A stretch of 24,000 nucleotides of DNA, from the NCBI GenBank assembly GCA_016202975.1, contig JACQNR010000116.1:1-24000 (forward strand), given 5' to 3'. The notes below the pieces were generated by a model. The model made no database searches. It was given only the letters and a program-made list of their open reading frames with translations, and had not been told where the DNA came from. This stretch comes from Acidobacteriota bacterium (GTDB lineage: Bacteria; Acidobacteriota; Terriglobia; UBA7540). Positions within the stretch are counted from its first letter, which is position 1; each line of letters begins with the position of its first letter. Below, piece after piece: positions 22,673 to 24,000 of this stretch. The translations under genes were made by a program, and so were the position numbers.

Positions 22673-23404
22673 TTACAGGGAAGGCGTGAAACCGGAAAGC
22701 GAACAATGCAAATTTCCCGAAAGGTTTCGCGGCGACTTGCGATTGAGCAGGTCGATCAGCTTGCGGCCGGCTTCCGGCGTCGCGACACCGCCCTCACGCA
22801 CGATGCTCCGCGCGGAAAGTCCCCGTCCGTAAAGATTCCTGTTCGCTCGGCCATCCGAGCGCAGCGTGCCGCCTTCGAGCGAGATTCCGGCGAAGGCTCC
22901 GCGCGAGCGCGAGTAGGAGAGGATTTCAGCCTTCATGACGATGTCCGTTTGCGCGGCTGCGGTACGCCCTTTGGGCCCGGCGACGGCGGAGGCGTCCACG
23001 CCCAGCTTCACCTTGCTGCCCAGGACTGAGTTCGCGCCTTTATTGTTCATCACCAGCAGGACGAAGTCGGTGGCCTGCCCGCCCAATTGGATGCCGATGT
23101 TGGCCGCTTCCAGGGCGAACATGGCGGGGGCGCTCCAGCCGCCGCCAAACTCCTGGCCGGTGCGGCACGTGATCGCCCCGCGGCCGTAGCTGCCTCCGAT
23201 TCCGATCGCCAGTTTCTTGACGGACGGAACCACAATCACGCACTCCGCCATGTCGAGGAGCTCCTGGGGAATGTTATCCGGAATGTCCAGGATTTCCTGC
23301 AGCACGGTACCGCATTCTTCCAGCCGCGCGCGCTCCTTCTCCTGTGCCTGCACCGGCGGCGCAAACACCGCTGAAACCAGCAATGCCGCAATCAACTTTC
23401 TCAT
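22673..23404 (-). CDS. SYLF (DUF500/Ysc84-like) lipid-binding domain protein with signal peptide
   Basis: ATG 23404 is preceded by GGGGAGGA. The signal peptide is MRKLIAALLVSAVFAPPVQAQ. The SYLF core is ...ECVIVVPSVKKLAIGIGGSYGRGAITCR...GGGWSAPAMFALEAANIGIQLGGQATDFVLLVMN...KLGVDASAVAGPKGRTAAAQTD...ILSYSRSRGAFAGISLEGGTL. The track start 23509 adds 35 non-homologous residues. Confidence 0.82.
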   Translation of the reverse strand: MRKLIAALLVSAVFAPPVQAQEKERARLEECGTVLQEILDIPDNIPQELLDMAECVIVVPSVKKLAIGIGGSYGRGAITCRTGQEFGGGWSAPAMFALEAANIGIQLGGQATDFVLLVMNNKGANSVLGSKVKLGVDASAVAGPKGRTAAAQTDIVMKAEILSYSRSRGAFAGISLEGGTLRSDGRANRNLYGRGLSARSIVREGGVATPEAGRKLIDLLNRKSPRNLSGNLHCSLSGFTPSL

Positions 23405-23619
23405 CGAGTCCTCCCCTAACGTCTTTGTCCGCTCATCGTTGCCATTTTCCTCTCTCGGCCCGCTGAACTCAACAGCAATATAAAGAAGTTTGCGGGACGG
23501 CAACTCCATTGGACTCCCCCCATTTATATGCTATAACGCTGAATAGGCGGTAACCGGGGCGAACCTCCGCTTTGACGCAGCCGTGGGGCGCTGCGCCAGG
23601 TTTTGAAAGGACGGCCAGT

Positions 23620-24000
23620 ATGGGACTCCTTACCACGAATGCAGACAGCGGGCGGCGAAGGGCGAGGCTTGCTCGCGAACTGACGGTCATTGCAGCCCTG
23701 GGAATAATCGCGGCCCTGCCATTGGCGGCGTGGCCCCAGGGCGCACCGCCGGCGGCCGAGGCTAGTGCGGCGACCAATAAACCGCAGGCGCAGGCACGAG
23801 CGCCCGCCGAGCCCGTCGCGGAGGAGGCCGCGCAAGCGGAGCCGTCTGATCAGAAGACCACCAAGAAATATCCGGTGCGCAATGGCACCGCAGCCTACGG
23901 CCGCACCGAGGAGTTTGAAAAGAAGAAGACCGCGGACGGAGAAATTGAGATTCAACGCGTGCGCTCCCCCTCTTACAGCGGCGACCCGAACGTGTTATAC
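23620..24000 (+). CDS. Hypothetical membrane-anchored Pro/Ala-rich protein, 5' part only (runs off the right edge)
   Basis: Absent from the track because it has no stop in the window. ATG 23620 has AAGGA about 10 nt upstream. Translation: MGLLTTNADSGRRRARLARELTVIAALGIIAALPLAAWPQGAPPAAEASAATNKPQAQARAPAEPVAEEAAQAEPSDQKTTKKYPVRNGTAAYGRTEEFEKKKTADGEIEIQRVRSPSYSGDPNVLY.... It has one TM helix followed by a low-complexity linker. The opposite-strand ORF 23524..23955 is Arg-rich junk. Confidence 0.5.
   Translation, partial: MGLLTTNADSGRRRARLARELTVIAALGIIAALPLAAWPQGAPPAAEASAATNKPQAQARAPAEPVAEEAAQAEPSDQKTTKKYPVRNGTAAYGRTEEFEKKKTADGEIEIQRVRSPSYSGDPNVLY

Noticed and set aside
22660-23029. 3' part of ORF 22097..23029 (apparent long FdhD)
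   Set aside because: FdhD similarity stops near 22510-22650. The remainder is simply the antisense of the well-supported SYLF gene.
23524-23955. 143-aa minus-strand ORF near the right edge
   Set aside because: It is Arg/Leu/Gly-rich with no features. The overlapping + strand frame has an RBS, a TM helix and protein-like composition, so the + strand was preferred, though with only moderate confidence.
1-24000. Search for CRISPR arrays, tRNA/rRNA genes, IS elements, integrases, phage or defence-system genes
   Set aside because: No spaced direct repeats, no tRNA T-arm or acceptor signatures in intergenic regions, and no transposase, integrase, nuclease or ATPase-type ORFs were seen. The window looks like core chromosome rather than a mobile or defence island.

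Overview
This is a GC-rich bacterial chromosomal window. The gene content suggests an Acidobacteriota-like soil bacterium, but that is inference only. No rRNA, tRNA, CRISPR array, IS element or integrase was seen.

Layout:
- Left end: lepA on the minus strand, truncated by the window edge. It is divergent from a large TPR-GAF-degenerate-GGDEF protein, followed by an enoyl-CoA hydratase and nusB on the plus strand.
- 4.5-16.4 kb: a single minus-strand array. It holds a GDP-mannose operon (manA, manC, phosphohexomutase), an aspartate-type aminotransferase and coaD. coaD is full length but carries two in-frame TAA codons. Upstream of these lies the most unusual part, a six-gene block at 10.0-16.4 kb.
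- The six-gene block comprises a radical-SAM-like enzyme with a CX10CX2C motif, an orphan 139-aa protein, and a UbiA-family prenyltransferase with NQxxDxxxD / KDxxDxEGD motifs. It continues with an extended-SDR reductase/epimerase, a fused phytol/dolichol-kinase-like + DUF92 (VTE6-like) membrane protein, and an ArsS-type radical SAM enzyme. I read it as a candidate uncharacterised polyprenyl salvage, prenyl-transfer and radical-SAM tailoring pathway.
- About 1 kb of AT-richer, palindrome-bearing non-coding DNA separates that block from a 1215-aa secreted TPR/FG-GAP/ASPIC protein on the plus strand.
- Right end: a decayed molybdopterin-oxidoreductase + fdhD locus (frameshifts, a large internal deletion, a 3' truncation), a SYLF-domain secreted protein on the minus strand, and a partial Pro/Ala-rich membrane-anchored ORF running off the right edge.

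All family assignments come from reading motifs in the translations by eye. No database search was possible.
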